Assembly (NCBI GenBank): GCA_000165425.1
Contig: CT868654.1
Span: 186,001 to 250,000, forward strand
Origin: Paramecium tetraurelia
Taxonomy: Eukaryota
Direction: 5' to 3'
DNA: 64,000 nt
In this document: piece after piece, positions 26,084-39,770 of the stretch
How positions within the stretch are numbered: the first letter of the stretch is position 1
How the letters are laid out: each line of letters opens with the position of its first letter
Program-made: the position numbers and the translations under genes
Notes under the pieces: generated by a model
Told to the model about the DNA's origin: nothing
Databases searched by the model: none
What the model saw: only the letters and a program-made list of their open reading frames with translations

Positions 26084-26350
26084 TTCTAATTTAATTATAA
26101 TACTAAAAAGTTCTATATTTATTAACTTTAATTAGAAATTTTCGGAATTTTCATGTTCAAATTCGTTTCTTACATTGAGTCTAAATATCATATTGAATTG
26201 TTAGTCCCTTCAAATTTGTCTGAATGGATGTGGAACATTTCTGTGACTTTTTCCAAGATTCCGAGATTCTTTATTGATTCTAAACTATGAAAACAAATCA
26301 TTTCTTAAATCCTGTTGTATTTAATTTTTCAAGATTTTTTACAAAGGCAA

Positions 26351-26706
26351 ATGAATTTTGTTTACAAAAGGAGTAAAAGATCATACATCAAAAGTTCTTC
26401 ATAAACCAAAAGACTTTTAGCAGAATTAGTCTTAATATAAGGGTTGAAGATTAAAAATGTATGAATTTCTATATTTGAAATCAGGCTGCTTAACGATTGA
26501 AGATTAAGTATGCAACTGCGAAATCGATCATCATCTATTACAAATAGAATGTGATCAAGCAATAAAAGATTTGCAAATCAGCAAAACGATGTTAGTATGC
26601 TTCCATAAAAAGTGCTATTTCTTATTCGATCGTATCAAAGATAGCTGGGAAGGAGGTTAATTCGAGAAGCATTCACTTCCTAAAGGTGGAAGTAACAAAA
26701 CAATGA
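26351..26706 (+). CDS. Small helix-turn-helix protein, family copy 1
   Basis: MNFVYKRSKRSYIKSSSQTKRLLAELVLIQGLKIKN|AAQRLKIKYATAKSIIIYYKQN...KRCQY...IVSKIAGKEV; intron 26459-26484. Confidence 0.75.
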
Positions 26707-27136
26707 ATATATTATGTTATAAATGATTGATTATTGTGGTAATGTTCTGCTGGAAGGAGTAGATGTTGATGTCACTCTGAATAGATGAATGTCTGATAAA
26801 TTGTAAATTATTTTACAGTTTTATTGGACAGAAATTTATATCTAAAAATAAATAGTATAAAACTGAAAATTCATAAGATACCCAATTAAAATTAGACTAG
26901 GCTACAAAACTAGTATATCGGGTTAGGAGATGAATCATGCATTTGACCATAAATCTCAAAATAATAAACTGAATTCAATGTAATAATTACTATAATTAAA
27001 TGTTTATAAAAATTTATTGTAATTAAACTTATCCCAATTGACATAAACTAAATTTTAGAGATAATTGTGACAGCAACACAAAACAATTCTTTTCGTTCTA
27101 TCTTTATATAACATTATTAAATTACATATTAATTTG

Positions 27137-30100
27137 ATGGGTCATTGTACAAGTTAAATTTCACAAAACAAATCACCACAGAAATCTACAGGTAGGAAAT
27201 TTGGGATCGGAACTATGAAATTCAATAGTGAGTTATTTAATATTAGATTGAGCCACCCATCGAAGTCATGCCATCTTAAAATTGATGTCGGTGGATATTA
27301 TAAATGCGATACTCCCAAGCATTTTGATTTAGAAGGAAAACATGGTGTAAGATAGCTTAGTTATAATGATAGTGGAAGAGAAAAATAACACTGCAACTCG
27401 AAGCAACTGAAATGTAATTGAAGGAGAAATATTTGGTCTTCTTTCTCTATGAGGATGACAAGGAATTGGCATAATTGAAAATTGCCTTGTATGACATCAT
27501 TTCAGGCCCTCAATTCTTTGACTATCAAATGGGAAAGGGAAGAATCTCGTTTAATATGATTATGGCATAAATTCTCCAACTAGAGATAAATCCATAGGAG
27601 ATGATATGCACTATGAACACATGCATTTAAGAGAAACACTACATATTCAATTTGAAGTTGGTGACTCGCAAAATGCAATTCTTGTCTGAAAATTCGGAGA
27701 AATTCAATAACCCTGCCTATATAAGAGGTAGGAATGCATCCTACAATAACCTCTAAGATGAGTTGTTCAGAATACAATGGCTGAGCACTGACATGCCTAG
27801 ATTGATTGTGGAATTACCCATAAATGAGATCTCTAGTTCTTCATTGCAGGTGTGTGTTTGGAGTATAAATAAATCAACTGAGGATCTTACACCAACTAGA
27901 AAATCAGTCAAATCCTTAAATTATCATGTTGAAGCCATAGAACAAATCCTGTTTGCTGAATCTAACATTGCTTTGAATTATCTGTTGCAGAATCAGCAGG
28001 AATAGTTGGATGATCATAGTATTCATAGATGCAATTTAACAAAGGGATTGTGGTAAAGAGGGAATAAGATTGGACAGATGCAATCAGACTTTATGATTAA
28101 GATGCCTGTGTATATGAAACAATAGATGATTGGATTAAGAACAGAGAAGGGATGCACTATTGGAACTGGTATACTAGCCAATTAAAGTATAAAGGAAATT
28201 AGTGAAGTAGTTAGTTAGTTTGAAAAATTGAGCTAGGTAATGTTTAAATTATCAACAAACAATCAAGTTCCCCAAAAGCAGTAATTGATGGCTGAATTGC
28301 AGAACGCGGCTTAATAATTGTTAGTATCTGTAAGTAAGAGTGACAAAGATTCTCAATTGAGATAATTCTATTACAAGAGTTATGATGATTTGATGAAGGG
28401 ACAAGAGATTTTCATAAAAATTGCATAGAATCTCTTGAATTTTGTTGATAAAATAGAAGGTAATATTAGAGAGATCTATTACGAAATATTATAGATAGTA
28501 TGCACTAGGGGTGAATTAAGTTTAAGTTCAATGGGGTATTTTGATGATTGCAAATAATTGAACAAAAAACAATTGAAGTTTAAGAATCAAATCTGTTGTC
28601 ATTTTTAATAATTCCTGTACAATACATTAAATATGGCATTACAAAAGATATGTTTGAAAGCTATGTCTCCTAAAGAAAAGGCATTTGTTGACAAATTCTT
28701 GGCTAGTTCATTTTTTAAAGTTCCTGAATTTCGATAAGCAGTAGTTAATGCTCTTCAAAATCCTAATGATCCTGAATTGTCAGAATGGCGTGGCACTGAT
28801 TATTAATTAGATGATCCTGAGAATTTCAGAACTGAACAAATCACTGTATTATTTGATTGGTAAAGTTACTTCTATAATTATTTGCCCTCTAATTTAAATA
28901 TCAATGCCATATCAATGAATTCTGATGAAGAATGGCGTAGGATTATAGCAAAAAGAAACACAACCTTTTTCTTCTTTGTTTAAGCTCTTTGTTCACACAT
29001 CTAATTAAAAATCCAAAAAGACATCATCCCTTGGAAAGATATCCCTGGATATCGTAAGATTTTGAAAGCACTCTTATGTGAATTAAAAATAAGGGAATCC
29101 TATCCAGATGCTATGATAAATGCAATCACTTAAGTTGTTACTAATGGAGGACCATTAAATGTCATTATTATGATATTATTCAATAAAACTAAGTAGTTAT
29201 TTATGTGAATTAACAGCATATATTCAAGTGATAGAGTTGTTCAAGCCATGGATTTGATAAGTTAATGTATACAAAAATGTCAAATCATTCCCACCAATTT
29301 TGATTACACTTTCTTTTTAAATGGATTGAGAGTGGCAGTTACACAGAGCGAGAATGCCTATGTGATTGCCAAGAGTTTGCATCTGATTTATAATAACTAT
29401 CTGATATTCCCGTTGGAATTCAAGAAAGCTATTGTAGACTTCTTATTTGAAGCTCAATGTTATGAATTGTTTTTGCATTGGTCTAAGACTGTTAGAAGTG
29501 TGTACATCAGTTTACTCATATATCGTATCTATCATCTACATAGAAATAATAAAATTTAAATGATTGATGAAAATTAGTTTGACAAATAATACTTCCAAAT
29601 TACTAAACCTAAAAGATTGCAAAGTTACTATGAGAATAGAAAGGAAGAGACTTAATTGATGGTAAATCATTAATTATTTTTAGTTAGAGTGATTACATCT
29701 ATTTGAAATATTCAAGATTTATGATGAACATTGAGTCAGCCAAAGCCAAATTTATCACCAAATCTGTAACTAAAGAATTGCCGTTGATTTAAAGAATGAA
29801 AATGAAATTAGAACAGAAAGTCAAAGTGGAAGGCTCATTCAGAGATTTGGTTGCATGTGAAGAATAATCTAAAAACTAAAGTACTGATAAGGACAGAAGA
29901 ATTATGTATGAGAGGAAAATAGAATTCAGAAATCCAAACAATAAGAAAACCATAATCCTCAATGAACATAATATCAGATATCTTTCAACTGCTTTGATTG
30001 AATACAACGAGATGTAGAAACAATACACCAAATGGAGATAATAAAATATTGCTTCAGTTTAAGCTTCCATATAAGGAATGACGGATGAAGAAAAAGCAGC

Positions 30101-30176
30101 CAAACTCACTTAATTCCCAGTTCCTCAAATTAAACTCATGCAGACTTACGATATGAAGGAAGGCAAATAAGAATGA
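27137..30176 (+). CDS. Large protein with N-terminal C2-like region and C-terminal DUF1765-like domain
   Basis: Continuous frame with tiny introns; FVDKFLASSFFKVPEFR, HLIYNNY, YELFLHWSKTVRSVYISLLIYRI resembles DUF1765; starts MGHC (possible N-acylation). Confidence 0.65.
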
Positions 30177-30245
30177 TATTGTATTATGTTTCAACTAAGT
30201 TATTGATTAATATAATGTTTAACATTTTCATTGGACTTTTGGATT

Positions 30246-31499
30246 TCAAAAACCAAATGTCACTGCAATATAATATTATTATATTGCTTATTTGATTAAC
30301 TTAGATTTTACATCTAACTAGTCATCTCTAGTTTCGGTTAACATTGAATAAGCATCTGATATTAAAACATTTTAAATATATGACTAATATCTGCTAATGT
30401 ATACAATTATCCCATGGGATTCAAACTTCCCAAGCATCTCGGACACAATGGTTAGATACCAATTTGATTTTAGTTAAGTATTAATTGTTATTATAAGCCG
30501 AGCTATCCATATTCCTATAAAAACTTTTAGAAAGCCTAAAATTAATACTCCTATTATTAATATAACAATTCCTAAGGATTCTACTAACTTTCAACTCCTA
30601 TCTGCTCTTCTTTTATGCATACTTACTAAACTGCTGGGCTGTTTTGTTGGTCATTTATATCCACATTTTCTTATTTTACATTAATTTATGGTTCTGTCTT
30701 CTCCTTGGATCGAGTCATTCTTTCAAATATGTCTGATTTCACTGTTTTGAGCTAGGATTTCTTTATCTTAATCGAACTATTAATATATTTATAATGTTTA
30801 TTTTTCTTTTTCTTTTTATATTTAGTAATATTTAATGAATCTTAAGAATCTACCTATTGGTCATCATCGTCAGATTCCTCAAGATCCGATTGATATCTCC
30901 TTTTTAAATTGGCATAGAACCTATTCTTGACCATATTTTCCTATTTTATATGTAAAGGACATTACAGGCCGACCTTGCAAGAAAGTCGAGATGTAGCTCC
31001 ACTTAGTTCCAAATTTTTTGTAGAGTTTTAAGATTATTTTATCCTCCTCTTCAGTCCACTTCTCATTATTGATATGTCCTTGGAGTTAATTTAGATATCG
31101 TTCTCGAACTTATTTTCCAGTTCTCCAATTCATCACTGTACATATCTTGCTCCATCTCTTGCCGTACTTCTACACCAACTCTTTTAATTACTCATCTTCA
31201 TCTTGAGACCACAATTGTCTCGAAAGTGTCTTAAATCAAATAAATATTACATTATCTGGATGCAATTATTGCCATTTCATCATACACTCAAGAGGATTTG
31301 GTCCATTCAAAAATTTACTTATCAACTTCCAATTCCCTTATTGACAATCGTACTGGTCGTTCAGTTTCTCAACATCTTCAGCGGTCCAAACATATTTACA
31401 CTTTTTAGTTCATAAATCAAAACAAACCTCATAAATGCCTTCCTATTCTCCTCTCCTTTTCATCTAGCTGGATGCAGCGCTAATCTCAGAAGTAATCAT
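30246..31499 (-). CDS. Myb-family transcription factor (R2R3-type repeats)
   Basis: WSQDEDEQLKELVQKYGKRWSKICTVMNWRTGKQVRERYLNQL...KWTEEEDKIILKLYKKFGTKWSYISTFLQGRP|ENMVKNRFY. Confidence 0.9.
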
Positions 31500-32980
31500 A
31501 TCGATTTTTTAAAATATTACATAAAATCAAGACTCAAAATCACATTTAATACTACAAAATGACTAACTAAATTTTATTCCTAATTAAATTCAATCTCTAT
31601 CTATTATACTGCAACTTGAAATCGAAATTTGTAAAAATACATTCACTTAAGTTTGTTAATAACAATTAATATAATCATAATATTAAAATCAAAAAAGAGA
31701 ATTATTAGATTCAAAATTAAAATTATTTATGTTAAATTAAAACTTCAACCCCATCCTTGAATAATTAACTCTTAAATCTTATTCATTCCTCTCTTCAATT
31801 GTTCCCTCACTCAAAATGCATTATAGATTTAATTGTGTTCCTTTACTCTCCAAGAATCACTTTGTTATTCGTGATTTTATTCCAAATTTAGAAATAATTG
31901 AAATCCATAATTATTTTTTAACTTACATTCTGTCCTTTCTCATTAAAATTAAACTATATATTTTATTACAACTTAAGCAACTAATTCATTTATTTGCTAT
32001 CATTATTATCATTTGATTAAGTCTTAATATGATGTAAAATAATAGAATAAGTTAGGCATCATAAAGAATAATTTAAATTATAACATGAACCACTATCATC
32101 TTGCTATTCATAATATTCTTCTTTATTAACAATAATTTAAATACACAGGACCCATGTTTTACGAATTGAAATATATATATTATAAATTTATTTTTTTATA
32201 ACAGCCCGACTTATCCGGGACTTTTAATATGATACATAGACTATGTTCCTTTGATCAAAATAGGCTTATATGTTAATTTTCAGTAATTCTTTTGAATGAC
32301 CATCAAAACTAATTCTTTTAAATTAAATGAATTCCTTTAATAAATATTAAATTTTACTCTTAGATCCCTTCATCTTTTAATCCATCTTTGAAGTATATTT
32401 ATTTGCCTATATATTTGATAATATTAAAGATATTCCTTAGCCTGGTTATTCAATATATTTCAAAATATATTATTAATATATAAATATAATATCATTTGAT
32501 TAAAAAAATATTTGGCCTAATCTAATTTAATTTTGAATATTAGTTTTAAAAAAGTAAGAGAGAGTAATCAATCCAAAAAGATCACATTTAAAATAATACC
32601 CAAAATATGTAAGATCCGTAGTATATTATTCAGAATTAAGGGGTGTATAATAGCAATAACCCATAATTGAATTTCTTAAAGAAAAGCACTCTTTGTACAA
32701 AAATCAACCAATTAAGAATGATATGTATTTGAACAAGTAATAATAATAGTCTCTATTTTAGATAAAGAGTAATTTATGAAATTTATTGTATGTAGTTTAA
32801 TCTGCTAAAAATACCTAACAAACATATAAATAAGAGTATATTGTATATATTATTTAAATAATATTTATTAATCAGATAGCAATAATTGAAATAAATTAGA
32901 GACTTTTTATCAATTTATAAATTAACATCAGCCAAGAATTGCATAATAATTTTTATTGCTATAAAATCCTGAAATCTTAA

Positions 32981-33323
32981 ATGAAACAAACTGAATATTG
33001 TCTTCTTATGTTACGCCCTTACAAGAAAGTGCCGACAGATAAGAAAAAGTAATTAGTTGAATTAGTATTTTAGAAAGATTGGAAAATAAAACAAGTTTTT
33101 ATTATTTTTATTTTAGGCTTCGACGCATCTTGGTATTAACTATGCTACAGCTAAGAATATAATTTTTAGATTCAGAAAGACCAATATTCAAAAATAACCT
33201 TATAAACTTCCAGAATCAAAGAGATGCCAGTACAAATTAATTGGATCATCTAACTCAAAGATAAAACTTGTATGCAGCTAGGGAGGAGTACTAAACTGTG
33301 ATTTAATCTCCAAGAATCCATGA
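32981..33323 (+). CDS. Small helix-turn-helix protein, family copy 2
   Basis: MKQTEYCLLMLRPYKKVPTDKKKQLVELVFQKDWKIKQ|ASTHLGINYATAKNIIFRFRK...KRCQYKLIGS..IKLVCSQGGV; intron 33095-33116. Confidence 0.75.
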
Positions 33324-34617
33324 GTTCTAAATTTTATATTATAAATATAAACAACGAATCTTATCTCTAATAGTGTTAAATATATAACAATATTTGAAGA
33401 AAAGGGATATTTATAGACAAATCAACTTTAATCTTCTGATAGTTTGACTTTAATTGTTTGACAGCATTTTTAAATCATAGGTGACATTTGACAAGACTAG
33501 TAATATCTGTTTTTTGATGAATATTATTGATTCATCCTACTATTGAATACTTTTTCATTCATAAGGTGATAAGTTATATAATTAACTTAATTTCATAAAA
33601 ATCAAGATTCTAGTAACTCAAATTCATTATATAATAATTTTCTAGCCTAAAATTTAGAGAAATCACCATTGACTTTAAAAATTAAATCATATTTTTATAG
33701 TACTATTTATTGTGGAAAGAAGCTATGATTATTATTTGAATTCATAAGTTATAATTATTTACAAAATATTAATTATTAATTCTGATTTTATAAATAAAAG
33801 GATATTTACGAATTGGAGAATTTTAACAGAATTCCAAAATTGCAATAGTTTAAATTATGGATTCTAAACCTAATTTACACTTTTTTGAAGTTATTATGTC
33901 TGTGGGGAAATAAAAATGGTTAGGTGACAATTGTTTCTATTTGATATTCTTAAATGATTACCACCTTTCACATTTAACTAATATTAATTAATAGGATATC
34001 CTGTTTACTTTTTCATTTTATATCATCCTTACAAAGTTAAAATATTAAATTGAATCTCAATTACACCCTCTTTTGAGAATTATTCTGATTCAAATTAATA
34101 TAATTCATATTTGGACAAAGGTGAATTAGTATTATTTATTATTACTATTGATAATTGAATAAAATTAATCTCTGATTCTACTTTTACTTTTCACTTGACG
34201 AATTGGGCATCTTAAAGAGATTTTTAATGCCAATTCCTAATATTATAAGTAATTATGTTAATTATTAATTTTACCACTCTGATAACAAAAATATTTGATC
34301 TTATAAATATGAAAGCTAAATTACTATAAATTCTACTATCTTTCTTAAATATGTTCTAATTGAAATAAATTTAGCTGTTAATTTGGCTATCATTACCCTT
34401 TCTGCAATATCATCATGATTTTTGACTTAGTTTCTAATAATTAGTATAATGTTCAAAATAGTTCCTTGAATATAAAAATCATAAACAGCTGGTTGTTATT
34501 ATATGAATGTTATCAATGATGTTAGCTTAAATAGATTTATAGGTGCATGCTTTCATAGTTGTATATATATAGTTTACCCTCTCACATATAAATTAGAAAT
34601 TTTCATATTTTTATAAT

Positions 34618-35690
34618 TCATTATTTTATATAAACATCAAATGGTAAACTTAACTCGCAGTTTAAGATTGTTGTTAAAATGGTTGTTTCATTATAATTTG
34701 GATACTGAAAAGCCACATTCTCTACAATTTTCATAGGATTACTAAAATCTTATTGTTTTTTTAGGTTTTCTGTAGCTGCATTGTATCTGTCAATGCTAAA
34801 TTGAAAATACTCTCCATTTGTTGATAGGAGATAGTCTTCATTGCTTTTGATTTCATGTTAAAATTGATATTTCTGAGTGTTAAACCAATCATTAATATAA
34901 AATATTGCACATTAATTTTTTTTGTTTCCAACAATATTCAATAAGCCGTGATGCTATACTACTGCATCCTTTAATACATTTTGTAGATCATCATATTTGT
35001 GATTGGTAACTGACAACCTATAAATCAACCTTCCAATGTTGGGTATATGGACATTTTATAGAACACTTTGCCATTATTGCTCAACCTTGTATTAAGGCCA
35101 TAAGAAATTTAAACTGATAGCATATGATTGCTGTTTACTATGATATGAATACTACTGCATTACATGGTGTGAGGAGTCAGTAATTGAGACACTATTGCTA
35201 AGTGAATGGAGACTACCTATTTATTTTTAATATAAATAGCATTTATAGTTAAAGCCCTTATGACATCATTGAAATCCCAATCAAGATTCCTCACAATATA
35301 AGGTTTCTCTTGATTAATCAATATGCTGGTGCATCCCATTGATAAAGAGTCATCAAATCCAAAATCATACATAAATTGTATGTACAAAATTATGCTTATC
35401 TTATAGTATTGTATCATTACCTCTCGTCAATTCCACATTCCTTAGCAAAATATTTAACAAATTCAAGCAATTCCTTATCAGGGTGAGTCTAAAACAGTTT
35501 CTAATTGTCAATTCAAGTTCAATACTTTTAAATCATTTAGATGTTCCTAAGATGGTTGATTTGTCTCCAGCCATATTTAGCAGTATTTTCTTATTAATGG
35601 GGCATACTTTGGAAAAAGTTATGAATATCTTTGTTCCACAGGCAAGTCCAAATCAAAATAATAGATAGATCCAGGAGTGAATTGAACCAT
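34618..35690 (-). CDS. NAAA/acid ceramidase-like Ntn-hydrolase
   Basis: YFDLDLPVEQRY alpha-chain motif; QFMYD...GCTSILI (autocleavage Cys)...VRNLDW; ALNTR. Confidence 0.8.
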
Positions 35691-37124
35691 ATTTAATTAT
35701 ATTATTTTATCAAAATGAGTGATAATATTTTGGATATATCTCAAATTAACTTAAAACTCAGAATATGCAGCCAATACATTCGAATAAAGCTTCTTACAGA
35801 GGAAATGACTCTAATTATTTGAATAAATCAATTAATAGAAATGACATTGAATAAATATATTATTTTATTATATTACAAAGATTAATTCAGAATATAAGAA
35901 TATTATTTATTGAATGAAATATAAAACAAAATTTAATAAAATGATTGTGTATATAAGCAAAATTACTTACTTCCTATTTACGCAAAAATAATTGAATTAA
36001 AGGTTAAGGGATTAAAAAATGAATAAGAGACAATTTTTAAAATTATAGTAATAGAAAATAATATAATTTTTGGATGTTTGTTAATTTTGTATCACCTGGT
36101 AATTTTTAATTAAATTCAAGATTTAAAATATTCTAATATTGAATTAATAATTATTGAATGACTTTTAGTTATTATAAAGGATGTAGAGAGTTCTAAAAGG
36201 TTACTTCATTCTAAGTTTTTATTGTCGCTTATTAATTTAATAATTATTTAAAATTCATTTTATATTTATCTAATTCATAATTTCATTTTATCTTTAATTT
36301 AGTCCTTTTTGTGGTATTTTACTATGGCATAATGAAAAAAATATATTTGCGTTGCAATGCCCATTTTATAAGCTTGAACAAGAAATATTGATTATATATT
36401 TAATAAATTAATTATATAAATTTGTGATAAAACATAAATAAATGAATTAAACAAATGTGTAAATTATTGGAACAATATTTACTAATTCTCCAATTTAATT
36501 TAATCATATGCAAGAACCCTTCCCTTAATGAATATTCTTTATATTGACAGATACTTTGAAGTATCACAATTCGTTAAATTTTTGTAAATTTATAACCATT
36601 GAGTAAGGATATTTTCATTGTTTATCTTCGTGTATAGTGCATTTTACATTGGATGGGAAGAGAATTCTCCTGACATCAGGCACTATATTAGTATTTGAGT
36701 GATTATATTATAAATAAGTTGTAGTAAATATTACTGTTAAATTATTAATGATTCAATAGGATTGAATACTGTTGAGGTATAAGAAAACAGCACTAACTCT
36801 AATATCACATTTCTTCATAGCTTTTATATTTTTAAAGTCTTCTTTTGTGTAAAAGAAATTAAATTTCATTTATTGTATAATATTTCAAAAATAGTACTAA
36901 AAGCAATTTATTGCAATTGGTGCATTTTCAATTACTTCTCAGTATGGGAAAGATTTGGGATTGCAATCATTTCAAACTGTACGAGAAGGAGTTTTCCAAT
37001 TGCACATCAAATTAATCAATTCTTTTCTTTGATTATTAATCATACTCTGACATGTTGAAGAAATTTCCTTTGGGGTTAGTCCTACGCTATAGGATAGTAA
37101 TATATAATATTTAATATATGAATC

Positions 37125-37478
37125 TCATGCTCCTTTCTTCGAGGAATATTCAAATGAGATCTAAGAGACTGCATCTCCTCCAACTCTTGTTATTATAGTA
37201 ATCTTGCACTATTTTGAATTGATAGAAACAATCTTGCATTCTGATGAGGATTTATACTCCAATTTTTGTTTAATAACATTGTTTCTGTGACATACGATGA
37301 TAGTTTTAGCTGCCGCATATTTAATATTTAATTGCTTGGCTGCCTATCGATATGGATAGAGAGTAGAAATTACATGTTTTATTTTAATTCCCAAAAGGAA
37401 TACCATATTCATAAGAGTCTTTTTTTTAATGTTTGAAACTTTTTAATAGGTTCTAGTTTATTGGGAATTTTATTTCAT
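37125..37478 (-). CDS. Small helix-turn-helix protein, family copy 3
   Basis: MKQNSQQTRTYQKVSNIKKKTLMNMVFLLGIKIKH|AAKQLNIKYAAAKTIIVCHRNN...ECKIVSINS..ITIITRVGGDAV; intron 37344-37373. Confidence 0.75.
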
Positions 37479-38215
37479 TTTATTAATAAAGGATTTGAAT
37501 AAATTTAAATTTTTAGCTACTTTTAATGAGTTTATATAATAGAGTTGATTTAAATTATAATTGAGAATCCATAAGGATAATGGCATCATAGAACACCTCA
37601 AACTAATTTAATAATTGATCTAGTGATCTAAATCTACTAAACCTATTTCTAAACCACTCTCTCCATCTTCTTTAAAATACATTCTCTTTTATCCAGTAAC
37701 CAAATTATTATCGAAAATGCTATATCCCTAAACTCTTTGGATCTTATTTCAATATCTCTTATTTATAAACAGATTGATCAAATGGTCTCCTCCAAAGCCA
37801 TATAGAAACATTAAATAGTGCAACTATGCAATAATTTATTAGCAATCTAAATAATTGTAAATGCATTTGGCATAAGTGGAATATCATAAAAAAACTAGGT
37901 TTAATACAGTAACACCTGCAAAGTATAAAATATCAAAGCTTTTTCTTTGATGTATATTTATATCTATCCATCATAAACCTGTGCTTAATAGAGTCTATTA
38001 GAGGAGGGTTACCGAATCAGGAGAATACCTGAGATTATCATAAATTACTTAATTCTGGTCTTTGAAACATCTGAATTAAATATTAAAATATAATTTTATA
38101 TAAATTTGGTTATCTGCGTAAGATTTTTGTTTCTAATCTCTAAGGGATCAACTGAAAATATGAAAGATGATAATTTAAAAATGTTAATGAAAAAAATATC
38201 ATGCGTTTATTATTT

Positions 38216-39761
38216 TCAACTTCTAAATAATTTTATGGGTGTTCCAAAAATGAAGCGATTAGATGTAGTTTGAAATGGTAAATTTGTAAACAGTGCACAA
38301 ATTGGATCCAAGAGTTTAGCTCTATATTACTCCTCTTTTAACAGAGCATGGTATTCATAAAATGAAATATAACCATCTTGGTTTTAATCAATTTTCAAAA
38401 ATAAATTTGATCCCCATTCATTAATTTATTATTCATTAATGACTTAATTTTGAATATCCTAAAGTTTAATATACTAATTACAAATATCGTTTGCAAATAT
38501 TCACACAATTGATCCTTACCAAATTTTCCATCCTTGTTAGCATACAACAGATAAGTGAACTTCATTATAATGGTTTCGCTAAAACTGTAATTTTTAATAA
38601 ATCAATAAAATTACCTCTATTAATAAAATAAAGAAACAAAACAAATAAAATCTTGAAAGTCAACTGGATTTTTCAGTCCATTCCTTGATAAAAATGTGGC
38701 TATTTTAACACCTAACAAATGTGGAATCTTCATATCTTTTAAGTAATCCTTAAAGTCATCTTGAAGTATTTGTCGATATTATTGTTGAATATTATTCTTA
38801 TCAAAAAATTGATTAATGGACTAATAATGATATTATGATGAATTTACATTGAATAGATTCTCAATATAAGTGTAGGGCAATTTTGTTAATTGAAATATTT
38901 ATTATAATTACTATCCTTTGTCTTTAGTGTCTATTTAATGATATTTGAATACATACCTGAATTATTCTCCAAAAACCACAACATCTGGTTGTCTTGAATT
39001 TATTTGAATTATATGTAGGATGATCCTTTGTTCAAGATCTCATATATCTTTTTCATAGAATAATCTTCCATCTTTAATCTATAGAGTTCAACAGCTATAA
39101 CTTCCTAAGATACCTTGATGCTTCCAAATTAGGTTTCTATAAATTAATCTGAAAGCTCTTTGAATTTCCTGAAGTATAATTCATCTATGATTGAAAAATC
39201 ATCATAAGGTATTTTATTAGGATGATTCTAATTGATCACCAAGTACAAAAGAGGTCCAGATGTTTATAAGCCTTGTTCTACATGCTTTTCAAATTCTAAT
39301 AAGGTGAGTTAAGGCTTCAACACTATCTTGCATTTTGAGGAGTTCTAATATGTATTTAAATAAACTGTTGTAACCACACACCCATCATACGTGGCTTCTG
39401 TGCCTATGATTAATAAGGTGTCATCGATAACTTCCTTTTTGGTTGTTAAGTACTCCTAAAATACAGCAAGTTCATTCGTCAAGAATTTTAAGAAAGAGAT
39501 GAAATTATTATGAAAGACTTAATTATTCTTAATTAGCTCATTCAATGTTAAGGTCAAAATAGTAAGTTAATTTACGATCTCACAAACAGACTAGTATAAA
39601 GATTTCAAATATTTCTTTAAAATCAATGGTTGATATTTGTCTATGTTCTCTAGAAGCATAACAAAGTATTATTTGATTTCATTGATCGCCTATTAATTTG
39701 GAAGTATTTTATAAATCATCTCTAAAGTTTGATATGACAATTAAGGTTTTTATCTGAACAT
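38216..39761 (-). CDS. EF-hand protein (C-terminal NCS/calcineurin-B-like EF hands)
   Basis: Open frame from MFRQKPQLSY; C-terminal LYANKDGKFGKDQL and FLKIDQNQDGYISFYEY. Confidence 0.65.
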
Positions 39762-39770
39762 TGGTTAAAA

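Noticed and set aside
26351..37478. HTH genes as active transposons
   Set aside because: No DDE catalytic domain, terminal inverted repeats or target-site duplications seen
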